Shown in pieces: positions 29,787-40,223 of a stretch of 64,000 nt of DNA. The notes under the pieces were generated by a model. That model saw nothing but the letters and a program-made list of their open reading frames with translations, was not told the origin of the DNA and did no database searches. Source of the stretch: a bacterium (lineage in GTDB: Bacteria > UBP18 > UBA7526); contig JAUWYL010000001.1 in assembly GCA_030615855.1 (NCBI GenBank), positions 53,850 to 117,849 on the forward strand. Reading direction: 5' to 3'. Each line of letters starts with the position of its first letter. Position 1 is the stretch's first letter. The position numbers and the translations under genes are program-made.

Positions 29787-30838
29787 AAATTGGGATAATA
29801 GGAGCTTGGAATACTGATTCTGGGGCCTCGATACATGCAGAACTCGTTGGAAGAGGATGGGTGGAACTGGGTCATACCCTTAAGGTATTCACTTTTCTAA
29901 AGGAAAGTTTTCATGGGACGGTCATTACTGGAGAGGATGAGGATTTTGTCGTTCGCTGTTTTTCTACTTCAAGAGCCACCCCTCAAACTTTGGATCCTGT
30001 GCCTTTACTTACTTCCGATTACCAGTTCTTTGTAGCCCAGGATATAGGAATGATTCCTAAGGACCTCTTGGGGAAAATATTCCCCCACATAAAGAAGAAA
30101 GCAAAGACTATCAACGTCATTCATGATGGGAAATTATCTCCCGATCCTTCCTTCTATCAATTTGATTGGGATGGGATTGTCTGTTTTGATAAACGATATG
30201 CTGACTTTCTAAAGAAGGCCTATCCCGAGGATAAGATATTTATGATTCCCTACCCCTGTTATCCCTGGAAGCCAGGGAATAAGGAAGAGAGCCAAAAAAA
30301 ACTTAACCTCCCTAAAGATGAAAAGATAATCTTCCTCTTTGGCCTGGCCTCCGTATTAGGAGCCGATGCTTTTCCTGCCTTGAAATCATTGGAGAAAAAG
30401 TACCCCCTTAAAATTCTGGTGGTGACCACCTATCCTCCTTCCCTGGAAAAATGGAGAAGGATTGCTCAGGAAAACCCATTTGTGGAATTGAGAGAGAAGA
30501 TTCTGGATATGGGCGAACTCTATAGCTATCTTTATGCTTCTGATCTCTTTCTCTATAATAAGCCCTCCCTCCCTACGGTTGCCGTTTCTTCCACTGCCTA
30601 TCAGGTTCTCGGTTCTGGCTGTCCCATGGTGGCCTTGCATTCGAACTTCGTCGAGGAGTTTGGTAAGGCGATTATGACCTATGAGGATGAGAAAGGGATG
30701 ATAGCCAATATCAAGAGTGTCTTCGAGGAAGATGAGAGATATAGAGAACTTTTAAAAGAGCAGAAGAAGTATGTAGAAGAGAATTCAGGAATAAGGATAG
30801 CAAAAAGATTCCTGGAACTCTTTAAGAGGCTCTCTTAG
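29783..30838 (+). CDS. Glycosyltransferase (GT-B/GT4-like)
   Basis: N-terminal SGAS.HA..V, ASDLFLY, SSTAYQVLGSGCP; adjacent to GH130 genes. Confidence 0.6.
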   Translation: MKIGIIGAWNTDSGASIHAELVGRGWVELGHTLKVFTFLKESFHGTVITGEDEDFVVRCFSTSRATPQTLDPVPLLTSDYQFFVAQDIGMIPKDLLGKIFPHIKKKAKTINVIHDGKLSPDPSFYQFDWDGIVCFDKRYADFLKKAYPEDKIFMIPYPCYPWKPGNKEESQKKLNLPKDEKIIFLFGLASVLGADAFPALKSLEKKYPLKILVVTTYPPSLEKWRRIAQENPFVELREKILDMGELYSYLYASDLFLYNKPSLPTVAVSSTAYQVLGSGCPMVALHSNFVEEFGKAIMTYEDEKGMIANIKSVFEEDERYRELLKEQKKYVEENSGIRIAKRFLELFKRLS

Positions 30839-31074
30839 AGGTTAATATCGGTTAAAAACGGTCAATATTAGTTAATATCGATTGCATTTATGAGTTACGG
30901 TTAAGAAGCCCGTTTCAGTTCTCGTTATACGTTGTTCGGTTGCGAGGCTCGTTTCGTCTTATGTTTTTCGGTTGCGTTTTCTTTTCCGATAGACGTTTGC
31001 CGATTAACGATACGAGTTGCGCAACCGCAACCGTTTGACGATAGCCGACAAATTTGCAAAAGAGGGGGTTACAA

Positions 31075-31998
31075 ATGTTAAAAAGATATGAAGGGAATCC
31101 CATCTTAAAACCTATTAAGGAACATAACTGGGAAGCGCGGTGTGTCTTTAACGCTGCCGTTTACTACCAGGAGGGAGTGCATATTGTCTATCGAGGCCTG
31201 GGCTTTGATCAAATCTCAAAACTGGGATACGCTTTCAGCAAGGATGGCTACAAGATTGATAAAAGACTCATCCACCCCATATACGAACCAGCCGCTGAGC
31301 TTGAAAAAAGAGGAACTGAAGACCCCCGATTGACAAGACTCGGGGATAAACTCTACATGACCTATGCGGGGTTTAATGGGAAGAAGGCCCATGTCTGTAT
31401 GGCATCCATAAAGGTGGATGATTTCTTAAAAAATGATTGGAAGTGGGAGAGGTACGGATGCATCCTTCCCGAGTTGCCCGTTCCCAATAAGGATGATAAA
31501 AATGCCTGCTTATTTCCGGAGAAGGTAAAGGGAAGATATGTTCTTATGCATCGTATTCCCCCCGATATCTGGATTTCTTATTCTGATGACTTAAGAAACT
31601 GGCAGGACCATAAGATAATTGCCCGTCCCAGAGAGGGCTTATGGGATGAGGGGAAGATTGGAGCTGGCGGTCCGCCCATCAAGACAGAAAAAGGCTGGTT
31701 GTGTATATATCATGGGGTGGCCTGGAGGGATAGAAGGGAAAAGAAATTCTTTGGGACCTATCGCTTGGGAGTGATGCTTTTAGACTTAGACGATCCAGAG
31801 AAGGTGCTCTTCAGGAGCAAGCATCCCATACTGGAACCGGAGCAGGAATATGAAGAGCAGGGTTATGTGGCGAATATAGTTTTTACCTGCGGAACGGTTC
31901 TGATCGGCGACGAACTATTCTGTTACTATGGTGGGGCGGATACTGTTATCTGCCTTGCTACAGCAAAATTGAATGATCTGCTTTCTTTGAAAGAGTAG
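31075..31998 (+). CDS. GH130 family glycosidase/phosphorylase, paralog 1
   Basis: RYEGNPIL, VFNAA, EDPRL, DKNA.LFPEK, HR, YHGV, YYGGADT. Confidence 0.9.
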   Translation: MLKRYEGNPILKPIKEHNWEARCVFNAAVYYQEGVHIVYRGLGFDQISKLGYAFSKDGYKIDKRLIHPIYEPAAELEKRGTEDPRLTRLGDKLYMTYAGFNGKKAHVCMASIKVDDFLKNDWKWERYGCILPELPVPNKDDKNACLFPEKVKGRYVLMHRIPPDIWISYSDDLRNWQDHKIIARPREGLWDEGKIGAGGPPIKTEKGWLCIYHGVAWRDRREKKFFGTYRLGVMLLDLDDPEKVLFRSKHPILEPEQEYEEQGYVANIVFTCGTVLIGDELFCYYGGADTVICLATAKLNDLLSLKE

Positions 31999-32004
31999 AA
32001 GAAT

Positions 32005-32232
32005 AGGTTAGTTTACAGTAACCAGCGAACAGTAACCAGTATGGCTAAACCCTAAATCCACAATAATCAATAACCAAGAAACAAACACCAAATAATAATC
32101 AATGCCCAATAATCAATCACCAAACTGTTTTGAATTTGGATATTGGAATTTGTTTAATTATTGTATCTTGGTGTTTAAACAGTAGAATTTCAGAATTGTA
32201 AACTGGTTACTGTTAACTGTAAACTGGTAACA
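32005..32232. repeat. Nested inverted arrays (AGTAACC arms enclosing AATAATC/ACCAA arms)
   Basis: CAGTAAC arms also at 35364, 42976, 55398, 60236. Confidence 0.75.
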
Positions 32233-32260
32233 AATACCTACCTGGAAGGAGGTTAGAGAA

Positions 32261-33196
32261 ATGCTAAAGAGATATGAGGGGAATCCCATCTTAGAGCCCA
32301 TAAAGGAGCACACCTGGGAGGAGCAATTAGTTTATAATACTGCGGCCATTTATCTTGGGGGTAAGGTCCATCTCTTATACCGGGGAAGAGATAAGAAACA
32401 TGTATCCCGCTTTGGCTATGCCTCTTCCAAGGATGGCTTCCATATCGATGAGAGACTTCCTGAGCCGGTCTTTGGGCCCCAGAGTGAGATAGATTGTTTG
32501 GGATGCGAGGATCCCAGGATAACCAGGATCGGGGATACTTTATATATTCCCTATGCCGCCTTTGGCAGGCTTCCAGATTTTGGGGAAAATAATATAATAA
32601 AATTTGAACGTAAAGCTACTGTTATTCAGATTGGTCTGACTTCAATCTCGGTTGATGATTTTTTAAATCATAGATGGAACTTTACAGAGCGCCATTACCC
32701 CATACCCCGGGTCTTTAATAAAGACTGTGTCATACTGCCGGAGAAGTATAAAGGCAAGTATGTTATCTATCACCGCATTTCACCCCATATCTGGGTTTGT
32801 TTTTCGGATGATTTAGTTCACTGGTATGACCACAACATCATGATGATACCCGAAGGGGGATGGGAGGCTTTTAAAATCGGCGCCGGCGCACAACCCATCA
32901 AGACAGAAAAAGGGTGGCTTTTTATCTACCATGGAGTTTCAAATTCCCAGCATTATAGCATAGGCTTTGCCTTCCTGGATTTAGAGGATCCGACAAAGGT
33001 CATCTATCGCCATACTGGGCCCATTCTGGAGGCCAGGGAGAAGTGGGAGTTAGAGGGGATGGTGCCCAATGTGGTCTTTACCTGCGGGGCGGTCTTGAAG
33101 GATGGAGAAATATTTGTCTATTACGGAGGAGGGGATACCGCCATCGGGGTAGCCACCGCCCCCCTTACTGAATTTTTTAAATTAGCTGGACTGTAA
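32261..33196 (+). CDS. GH130 family glycosidase/phosphorylase, paralog 2
   Basis: RYEGNPIL, EDPRIT, NKD, YHR, YHGV, YYGGGDT. Confidence 0.9.
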   Translation: MLKRYEGNPILEPIKEHTWEEQLVYNTAAIYLGGKVHLLYRGRDKKHVSRFGYASSKDGFHIDERLPEPVFGPQSEIDCLGCEDPRITRIGDTLYIPYAAFGRLPDFGENNIIKFERKATVIQIGLTSISVDDFLNHRWNFTERHYPIPRVFNKDCVILPEKYKGKYVIYHRISPHIWVCFSDDLVHWYDHNIMMIPEGGWEAFKIGAGAQPIKTEKGWLFIYHGVSNSQHYSIGFAFLDLEDPTKVIYRHTGPILEAREKWELEGMVPNVVFTCGAVLKDGEIFVYYGGGDTAIGVATAPLTEFFKLAGL

Positions 33197-33225
33197 GAAC
33201 TTTTTTAAAAATTTGCATTTACTCC

Positions 33226-33253
33226 TTGACTTTTTACTAAAAAGGAATATAAT
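33226..33253 (+). promoter_or_regulatory. sigma70-type promoter of groESL
   Basis: TTGACT-16 nt-TATAAT. Confidence 0.65.
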
Positions 33254-33255
33254 AG

Positions 33256-33336
33256 ACACGGATTAGCACGGATAACAAAACGGATTAGCACAGATAAATC
33301 CGTGATCATCCGTAAAGAATTAGTGATTATCCGTGT
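33256..33336. repeat. 81-bp ACACGGAT...ATCCGTGT inverted element, copy 1
   Basis: Near-identical copy at 33642-33722. Confidence 0.85.
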
Positions 33337-33353
33337 ATAGAAGGAGGTGTTAC

Positions 33354-33641
33354 ATGGCCATCAAACCATTAGGAGATAGAGTGCTAGTAAAGCCCCTGGA
33401 ACCAAAAGAAGTGAAGAAGGGAGGAATCATCATTCCCGATACTGCTAAGGAGAAGCCCCAGGAAGGGAAAGTGATTGAGGTAGGAAAGGGGAAGATGCTT
33501 GAGGATGGAAAGGTAGTCCCTTTAGAGGTAAAGAAAGGGGATAGGGTCCTTTACAAAGAGTATGGTGGCACAGAGATAAAGATAGAAACAGAAAAATATC
33601 TTATCTTAGAAGGTGAGGATATCTTAGCAATCCTAAAATAA
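33354..33641 (+). CDS. groES: Co-chaperonin GroES
   Basis: [26 protein letters not shown]. Confidence 0.97.
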   Translation: MAIKPLGDRVLVKPLEPKEVKKGGIIIPDTAKEKPQEGKVIEVGKGKMLEDGKVVPLEVKKGDRVLYKEYGGTEIKIETEKYLILEGEDILAILK

Positions 33642-33722
33642 ACACGGATTGGCGCAGATAACAATACGGATTAGCACGGATAAATCAGTGACCATCCGTA
33701 AAGAATCCGTGATTATCCGTGT
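33642..33722. repeat. 81-bp ACACGGAT...ATCCGTGT inverted element, copy 2
   Basis: Direct repeat of 33256-33336. Confidence 0.85.
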
Positions 33723-33726
33723 ATAA

Positions 33727-35361
<1,635 letters not shown>

Positions 35362-35425
35362 AAAGTAACCAGTAACCAGTGAACAGTAACCAGTAGAAAA
35401 GTAGGAGAGCAAGTAAGTGAGAGAA

Positions 35426-35465
35426 AGGCAGGGTTCCCATTCAGGTAGGACCCTGCTTTTTGTTT
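35426..35465 (+). terminator. Intrinsic terminator after groEL
   Basis: GCAGGGT...ACCCTGC stem plus T-run. Confidence 0.65.
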
Positions 35466-35475
35466 GGAGGTTTAA

Positions 35476-35631
35476 ATGGCTTTCACTAAGAAGGAGTGGC
35501 AGGAGTTCTACCAGAGGAATCCAGACTTTCCGGCAACAGATTTCATGTGCCGAGAATTAGAGGAGAGGGCGAAAGAGAAGGGCTGTAGTCTGAATGAGGC
35601 TTGGAAGGGGATGAAGGAAGAAAAAGAGTAG
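35476..35631 (+). CDS. Small hypothetical protein (51 aa)
   Basis: SD GGAGG, ATG, MAFTKKEWQEFYQRNPDF...; followed by a terminator. Confidence 0.55.
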   Translation: MAFTKKEWQEFYQRNPDFPATDFMCRELEERAKEKGCSLNEAWKGMKEEKE

Positions 35632-35644
35632 GACTTTTTACAAT

Positions 35645-35679
35645 AAAAAGGGCCCCAGATTGGGGCCCTTTTCTTTTTT
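35645..35679. terminator. Bidirectional intrinsic terminator
   Basis: AAAAAGGGCCCCA-GAT-TGGGGCCCTTTT. Confidence 0.8.
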
Positions 35680-35689
35680 AGAAAATATT

Positions 35690-36210
35690 TTACCAGGAAT
35701 AAGGATCGAATTCTGAGGGTGGAATATAGAGGATGGTTGCATAACCTTTGCGCAGTAACTCAGCATTCACATTCTTCTGGCCAACATAGACCACAGCGAG
35801 CATCCTTCCATACTTATCTGTCGATCTCTCATCATCCACATCCAGATAGACTGTTTTGTCCTCACATAGACTTCTCACAAACTCCCTGGCCTCTTTTCCT
35901 CCTGGCTCATCCCTTCCCCCATACCTTACCTCTGGGGCATCGATGCCCACCAGTCTTACCCTTCTCTTAGAGCCATCCTGAAGCGCAACATTTATGGTAT
36001 CTCCATCTACAACATAATCGCAGTAGGCCCTTATCAGCCTCGCTTTTAAAGGTCTTCTTTGAGATACAACACCTGGTTCCCCCCTATCTTCTCTTCTATC
36101 TGAAAGACCTTCTTGAGATATGGGGCCATGAACTCCTCTCCCTTCTTCACTAAGAGGAAGCCAGCGCCGAAGATGGCCAATATGATGAGAAGAGTTAAAA
36201 AGCGCTTCAC
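35690..36210 (-). pseudogene. Thermonuclease (SNase-like) with an apparent frameshift in a G6 run
   Basis: VVDGDTI, VRLVGIDAPE, DKYGR.LA, VNAELL..GYA; the N-terminal TM part is in another frame; one extra G at 36079-36084 joins them. Confidence 0.75.
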
Positions 36211-36229
36211 GGTTCTACTCCTGGGTTAG

Positions 36230-36258
36230 ATTATTCCATATCGCCCTTTGGTTGTCAA
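36230..36258 (-). promoter_or_regulatory. sigma70-type promoter of the thermonuclease gene
   Basis: Minus strand TTGACA-17 nt-AATAAT with upstream TG. Confidence 0.55.
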
Positions 36259-36376
36259 CCCCGCACCTTTTATCCATTCAAAGCATTAAGGTAGAAAATG
36301 AACCCCGCCCCTTCCTTATCTGCAGTCGGGATTTGGGGAGAAGAAGGAGCGGGGTGAATATTGAAAAGGTGCGGGG
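36259..36376. mobile_element. Empty CCCCGC-ended element with a nested second element (36303-36354)
   Basis: Perfect 13-bp inverted ends CCCCGCACCTTTT/AAAAGGTGCGGGG, TCAA direct repeats; inner element flanked by TGAA repeats. Confidence 0.7.
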
Positions 36377-36440
36377 TCAAATTTTCCTTTCTTTTCTTGG
36401 GAGAATGTGGTAGATTAAAATTAGGAGGTGGACAGGAGTA

Positions 36441-37136
36441 ATGGAGAGAATCTTTGTGGGAACCTCTGGCTGGTACTACGATTGGAATCCCAAGAAGAAC
36501 TTCGTTTGGTTCAAGGAAAATTCGGGCCTAAACGCTGTAGAGCTCAATGCCAGCTTCTACAGGTTCCCCTTCCCTAATCAAATCAAGAGTTGGGCAAAAA
36601 AAGGAAAGGAATTCCGTTGGTCAATAAAGGCCAATAGGCTCATCACCCATGTCTTCAAATTTGGTGAGAAAGGACTATCCACTTGGAAAAAGTTTGAGAG
36701 ATTGTTCTCCCCCCTGGATGAATCGATAGACTTCTACCTCTTCCAGCTCCCTCCCAACTATACCCCAAAGGCAGTCGATGGATTAGAGAAATTTGTTAAG
36801 AAGACAAGACTGAAGAAAAGGTTCGCCTTAGAAGCAAGAAATATTAAATGGTATAATAAAGAATGGATTGAGTGGGCAAGGAAATTAGGAATTACCTGGG
36901 TGAGCGTGGACAGTCCAGACTTCCCCTTAGATATCTACAACACCAGTGGTCTAATCTATGAGCGTCTCCACGGAAGATATACCTGGTACTCCCACAATTA
37001 TACGGATGAAGAATTAAAAAATATCGCAAAGAGGATTAAGGAGAAGAAGCCCCAGGCAGTTTATGCCTTCTTCAATAACAACACCAATATGCTAAAGAAC
37101 GCCCGGAAAGCCCTCAAAGTATTCAAAGATACTTAA
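36441..37136 (+). CDS. DUF72 family protein
   Basis: VGTSGW.Y, VELNASFY, LFQLPP, Y.RLHGR, FFNN. Confidence 0.9.
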   Translation: MERIFVGTSGWYYDWNPKKNFVWFKENSGLNAVELNASFYRFPFPNQIKSWAKKGKEFRWSIKANRLITHVFKFGEKGLSTWKKFERLFSPLDESIDFYLFQLPPNYTPKAVDGLEKFVKKTRLKKRFALEARNIKWYNKEWIEWARKLGITWVSVDSPDFPLDIYNTSGLIYERLHGRYTWYSHNYTDEELKNIAKRIKEKKPQAVYAFFNNNTNMLKNARKALKVFKDT

Positions 37137-37154
37137 GAGAAACAAAATTTTTGT

Positions 37155-37183
37155 TTGCACTTTGGCTATTTCTGTTATATACT
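37155..37183 (+). promoter_or_regulatory. sigma70-type promoter upstream of proC
   Basis: TTGCAC-17 nt-TATACT. Confidence 0.5.
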
Positions 37184-37355
37184 GTGTATTTATGGTATAA
37201 GCAAATTACTTAACCGTTGCAAATCTGCCGTTCATCGTCAATCAGTCAAGGTTACCCGGTAACCGGATAGCCTTATATCTTTCAACGTATAACGAAAGAC
37301 GGAAAGTGCAAAAGTCCAGTAAATTATTAATGATAGGTATAATTGGAGGTTGGAG

Positions 37356-38165
37356 ATGCTGAAAAAGAGGGTTGCTTTTCTGGGAACAGGGAATATGGCT
37401 ACTGCTTTAATGAGAGGAATTATTGAGGCAGGACTTACCAAGCCAGAGGATATCATTATAAGTGATATTGATAAAGAGAAGTTAGGAGTTAGGAGTTCGG
37501 AGTTCGGAGTCATTGGGGCTAAAGATAATAGGGAAGCAGTTAAGGAAGCAGATGTTATTATTTTAGCGGTGAAGCCCAAAGATATAGAAGGGCTCTTAAA
37601 CGAGATTAAAGAATCTTTAGATTCAAAAAAACTGGTTATCTCTATCGCTGCTGGGATTACTACCTCCTATATCGAGAAGATGTTAAAAAAGGAGATCCCG
37701 GTTGTCAAGGTTATGCCCAATACCCCGGTGGCAGTGAAGGAAGGAACGAGCGCCTTCTCGATAGGGAAATATATTTCTCAAGAACAAGAGGAGATAGTAG
37801 AGAGCATCTTTGGGGCAGTGGGGAAGACGGTTAAGGTAGAGGAGAATCTCATGGATGCAGTTACTGCTCTCTCGGGAAGCGGTCCGGCCTATATCTTCTA
37901 TATTATCGCCTCTTTAATTGAAGCAGCGGTCTCCTTGGGACTGGATAAGAAGACCGCCACCACCCTCGCCATTCAGACGGTCCTCGGCTCCGCTAAATTA
38001 CTTCAAGAGACAGGTGAAGAGCCTGCTACCTTAAGGGAAAGGGTGACCTCTAAGGGAGGAACGACAGAGGCCGCCCTATTAGTCCTGGACGAGGGAAGAT
38101 TAAAAGAGACTCTGGATAAGGCATTGAAAGCAGCCGCCAAAAGATCAGAAGAACTTAAAAGGTAA
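37356..38165 (+). CDS. proC: Pyrroline-5-carboxylate reductase
   Basis: G.GNM, LAVKP, MPNTP, SGSGPAY, VTSKGGTT. Confidence 0.95.
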   Translation: MLKKRVAFLGTGNMATALMRGIIEAGLTKPEDIIISDIDKEKLGVRSSEFGVIGAKDNREAVKEADVIILAVKPKDIEGLLNEIKESLDSKKLVISIAAGITTSYIEKMLKKEIPVVKVMPNTPVAVKEGTSAFSIGKYISQEQEEIVESIFGAVGKTVKVEENLMDAVTALSGSGPAYIFYIIASLIEAAVSLGLDKKTATTLAIQTVLGSAKLLQETGEEPATLRERVTSKGGTTEAALLVLDEGRLKETLDKALKAAAKRSEELKR

Positions 38166-38167
38166 AG

Positions 38168-38467
38168 ATGTTTATTCTGGCAAACTTTATTGGAGCAATT
38201 GCTACTATCCTGAATATGGTGGTCACTATCTTAATCTGGCTCATTATTATTAGTGCCGTAATCTCCTGGGTGAATCCTGACCCCTATAACCCCATCGTCC
38301 AGTTTCTCCATCGTACTACAGAACCTATTTTGCGCCCCATTAGAAGATTAGTTCCTATAAGAGGGGTACCTATTGATTTTTCTCCTATGATTGCTATCTT
38401 GATTTTGATTTTCTTGCGTTTCTTTGTCATTAAATCACTAATAGAGTTAAGCTTCAGGTTGAAATGA
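38168..38467 (+). CDS. yggT: YggT family membrane protein
   Basis: SWVNPDPYNP, TEPIL.PIRR, IDFSP. Confidence 0.9.
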   Translation: MFILANFIGAIATILNMVVTILIWLIIISAVISWVNPDPYNPIVQFLHRTTEPILRPIRRLVPIRGVPIDFSPMIAILILIFLRFFVIKSLIELSFRLK

Positions 38468-38795
38468 ACCTCAGGGTAGAGGAGGGGGAGGACGGGGTAA
38501 CTTTCAGAATCAGGGTAAAACCTTCTGCTCCACGAAATGAGATTAAGGGACTTCGTGGAGAAGCATTGAAGATAGATATTAATGCTCCACCCGTGAAAGG
38601 CAAAGCAAATGACGACGCGCTTCGCTTGCCTCGTCTAATAAATATTATAAGGAGTGCATAAGATTTTTAGCAAAAGAGTTGAAAATATCAAAGTCAGATA
38701 TCGAGATTATATCTGGACTAAAATCGAGAGATAAGTTAGTTAAGATTAAAGGAATCAGCAAAGAGAAAGTATTAAAGGCTCTATGTCCTAAGTAA
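38464..38795 (+). pseudogene. yggU: DUF167/YggU family gene interrupted by a 38-bp element
   Basis: VKP.A...APPVKGKAN then, after 38611-38648, KECIRFLAKEL...IISGLKSR.K in another frame. Confidence 0.85.
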
Positions 38796-39008
38796 AGCGT
38801 TATACGTTTAAAGGTTGCGTTGAAAAATCAAATATTAAAAATTAAATATCAAAATTACATATTAAATATCAAAATGATTTAGCACAGCACAGATACACAT
38901 TAATAGAGTAAGCATAAGTTAAATTTTACATTTTGCGTTGTCATTTTGATTTTTAATTTTGCGCTGTATCATTTGATACGAGTAGCGCAACCGCAACCGA
39001 TAGACGTT
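38796..39008. repeat. AT-rich inverted microsatellite element (reverse copy of 5643-5892)
   Basis: Shared GATACGAGT.GCGCAACCG end and CAAAAT/ATTTTG arms. Confidence 0.75.
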
Positions 39009-39032
39009 TCACATTTATAGGGGTTAAGACAG

Positions 39033-40064
39033 ATGAGAACTGTTTGGTGGTCTAAAGGTAGAGTTAAACTCATCGATCAGACAAAACTCCCCTTCAAAAC
39101 AGAGATTCTGGAGTTTCGCGATTATAGAAAGTTGGCCCGGGCAATAAAGGGAATGAGACTGAGGGGGGCGCCAGCTATTGGAGTGGCCACTGCCTTGGGT
39201 ATCGCTTTAGGGATAAATTATTCTAAAGCATCCTCCTATGAAAAATTATCTCAGGAACTGGATAGAATAATAAAGACCTTTCAAAGGACGAGGCCAACTG
39301 CAGTCAACCTCTTCTGGGCCTGCCGAAGGATGAGGGAGAAGTTTCAAGAGAATAAAGATAGGAGTCTCAAAGAGATTAAGAGGATATTGATTCAGGAGGC
39401 GAAGAGGATCGTCCAGGAAGATATAGATTGTTGTAGAAGAATCGGGAAGTATGGGGCCTCCTTGATTAAGAAGGGAAGTTCTATCCTCACCCATTGCAAT
39501 GCTGGTGCTTTGGCCACTGCAGGTTATGGAACTGCTTTAGGGGTAATTAAGAGGGCACATGAAGAGGGCAAGAGGGTTAAGGTCTTTGTTGACGAAACTC
39601 GTCCCAGGCTCCAGGGAGCAAGACTCACTACTTGGGAATTGAAGAAGGCTAAGATCCCCTTTACCCTAATTACTGATAATATGGCTGGCTACTTCATGAA
39701 GAAGAAGAAGGTTGATTTGGTCATTGTGGGGGCAGATAGGATTGCAAGAAATGGTGATGTAGCAAATAAGATTGGAACCTATTCTCTGGCAGTTTTGGCC
39801 AAGGAGCATAAGGTTCCCTTCTATGTTGCTTGCCCCACATCAACCATTGATTTAAGACTTTCCTCTGGCAACAGGATACCCATTGAAGAGAGGGATATAA
39901 GGGAAGTGACCCATATTGGAAACAGACCCTTAGTTCCTAAGGGGACAAAGATAGCCAATCCCGCCTTTGATGTAACGCCTAATAAACTCGTTAAGGCCAT
40001 CATTACAGAGAAGAGAATTGCTCGAAGACCTTACAGGCAGAGTCTAAAGAAACTATTCATTTGA
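39033..40064 (+). CDS. mtnA: Methylthioribose-1-phosphate isomerase
   Basis: RGAPAIG, RPTAVNL, LTHCNAGALAT, DETRP, NKIGTY. Confidence 0.95.
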   Translation: MRTVWWSKGRVKLIDQTKLPFKTEILEFRDYRKLARAIKGMRLRGAPAIGVATALGIALGINYSKASSYEKLSQELDRIIKTFQRTRPTAVNLFWACRRMREKFQENKDRSLKEIKRILIQEAKRIVQEDIDCCRRIGKYGASLIKKGSSILTHCNAGALATAGYGTALGVIKRAHEEGKRVKVFVDETRPRLQGARLTTWELKKAKIPFTLITDNMAGYFMKKKKVDLVIVGADRIARNGDVANKIGTYSLAVLAKEHKVPFYVACPTSTIDLRLSSGNRIPIEERDIREVTHIGNRPLVPKGTKIANPAFDVTPNKLVKAIITEKRIARRPYRQSLKKLFI

Positions 40065-40162
40065 CCCCGCCCCCACTTATAAGAAGTTTTCAAGTTGCTA
40101 AAATAATATTAATAGGGAAAGTAACAAGATTTTTAAAAACGTCCCCAAAAATGGGGGTGGGG
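40065..40162. mobile_element. Empty CCCCGC-ended miniature element
   Basis: TTGA|CCCCGCCCCCAC ... ATGGGGGTGGGG|TTGAC. Confidence 0.7.
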
Positions 40163-40192
40163 TTGACTTTCCCCTTCTATAGATGGTATACT
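40163..40192 (+). promoter_or_regulatory. sigma70-type promoter of ileS
   Basis: TTGACT-18 nt-TATACT with extended -10 TG. Confidence 0.6.
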
Positions 40193-40223
40193 AAATAAAT
40201 TACATCTATTAGAGAAAGAAAAG

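Noticed and set aside
33256-33390. CIRCE (HrcA) operator upstream of groES
   Set aside because: TTAGCAC half-sites occur only as units of the repeat; there is no TTAGCACTC-N9-GAGTGCTAA arrangement.
40065-40223. T-box leader before ileS (or before valS/argS)
   Set aside because: No T-box consensus or terminator; the leader after the promoter is only about 30 nt.
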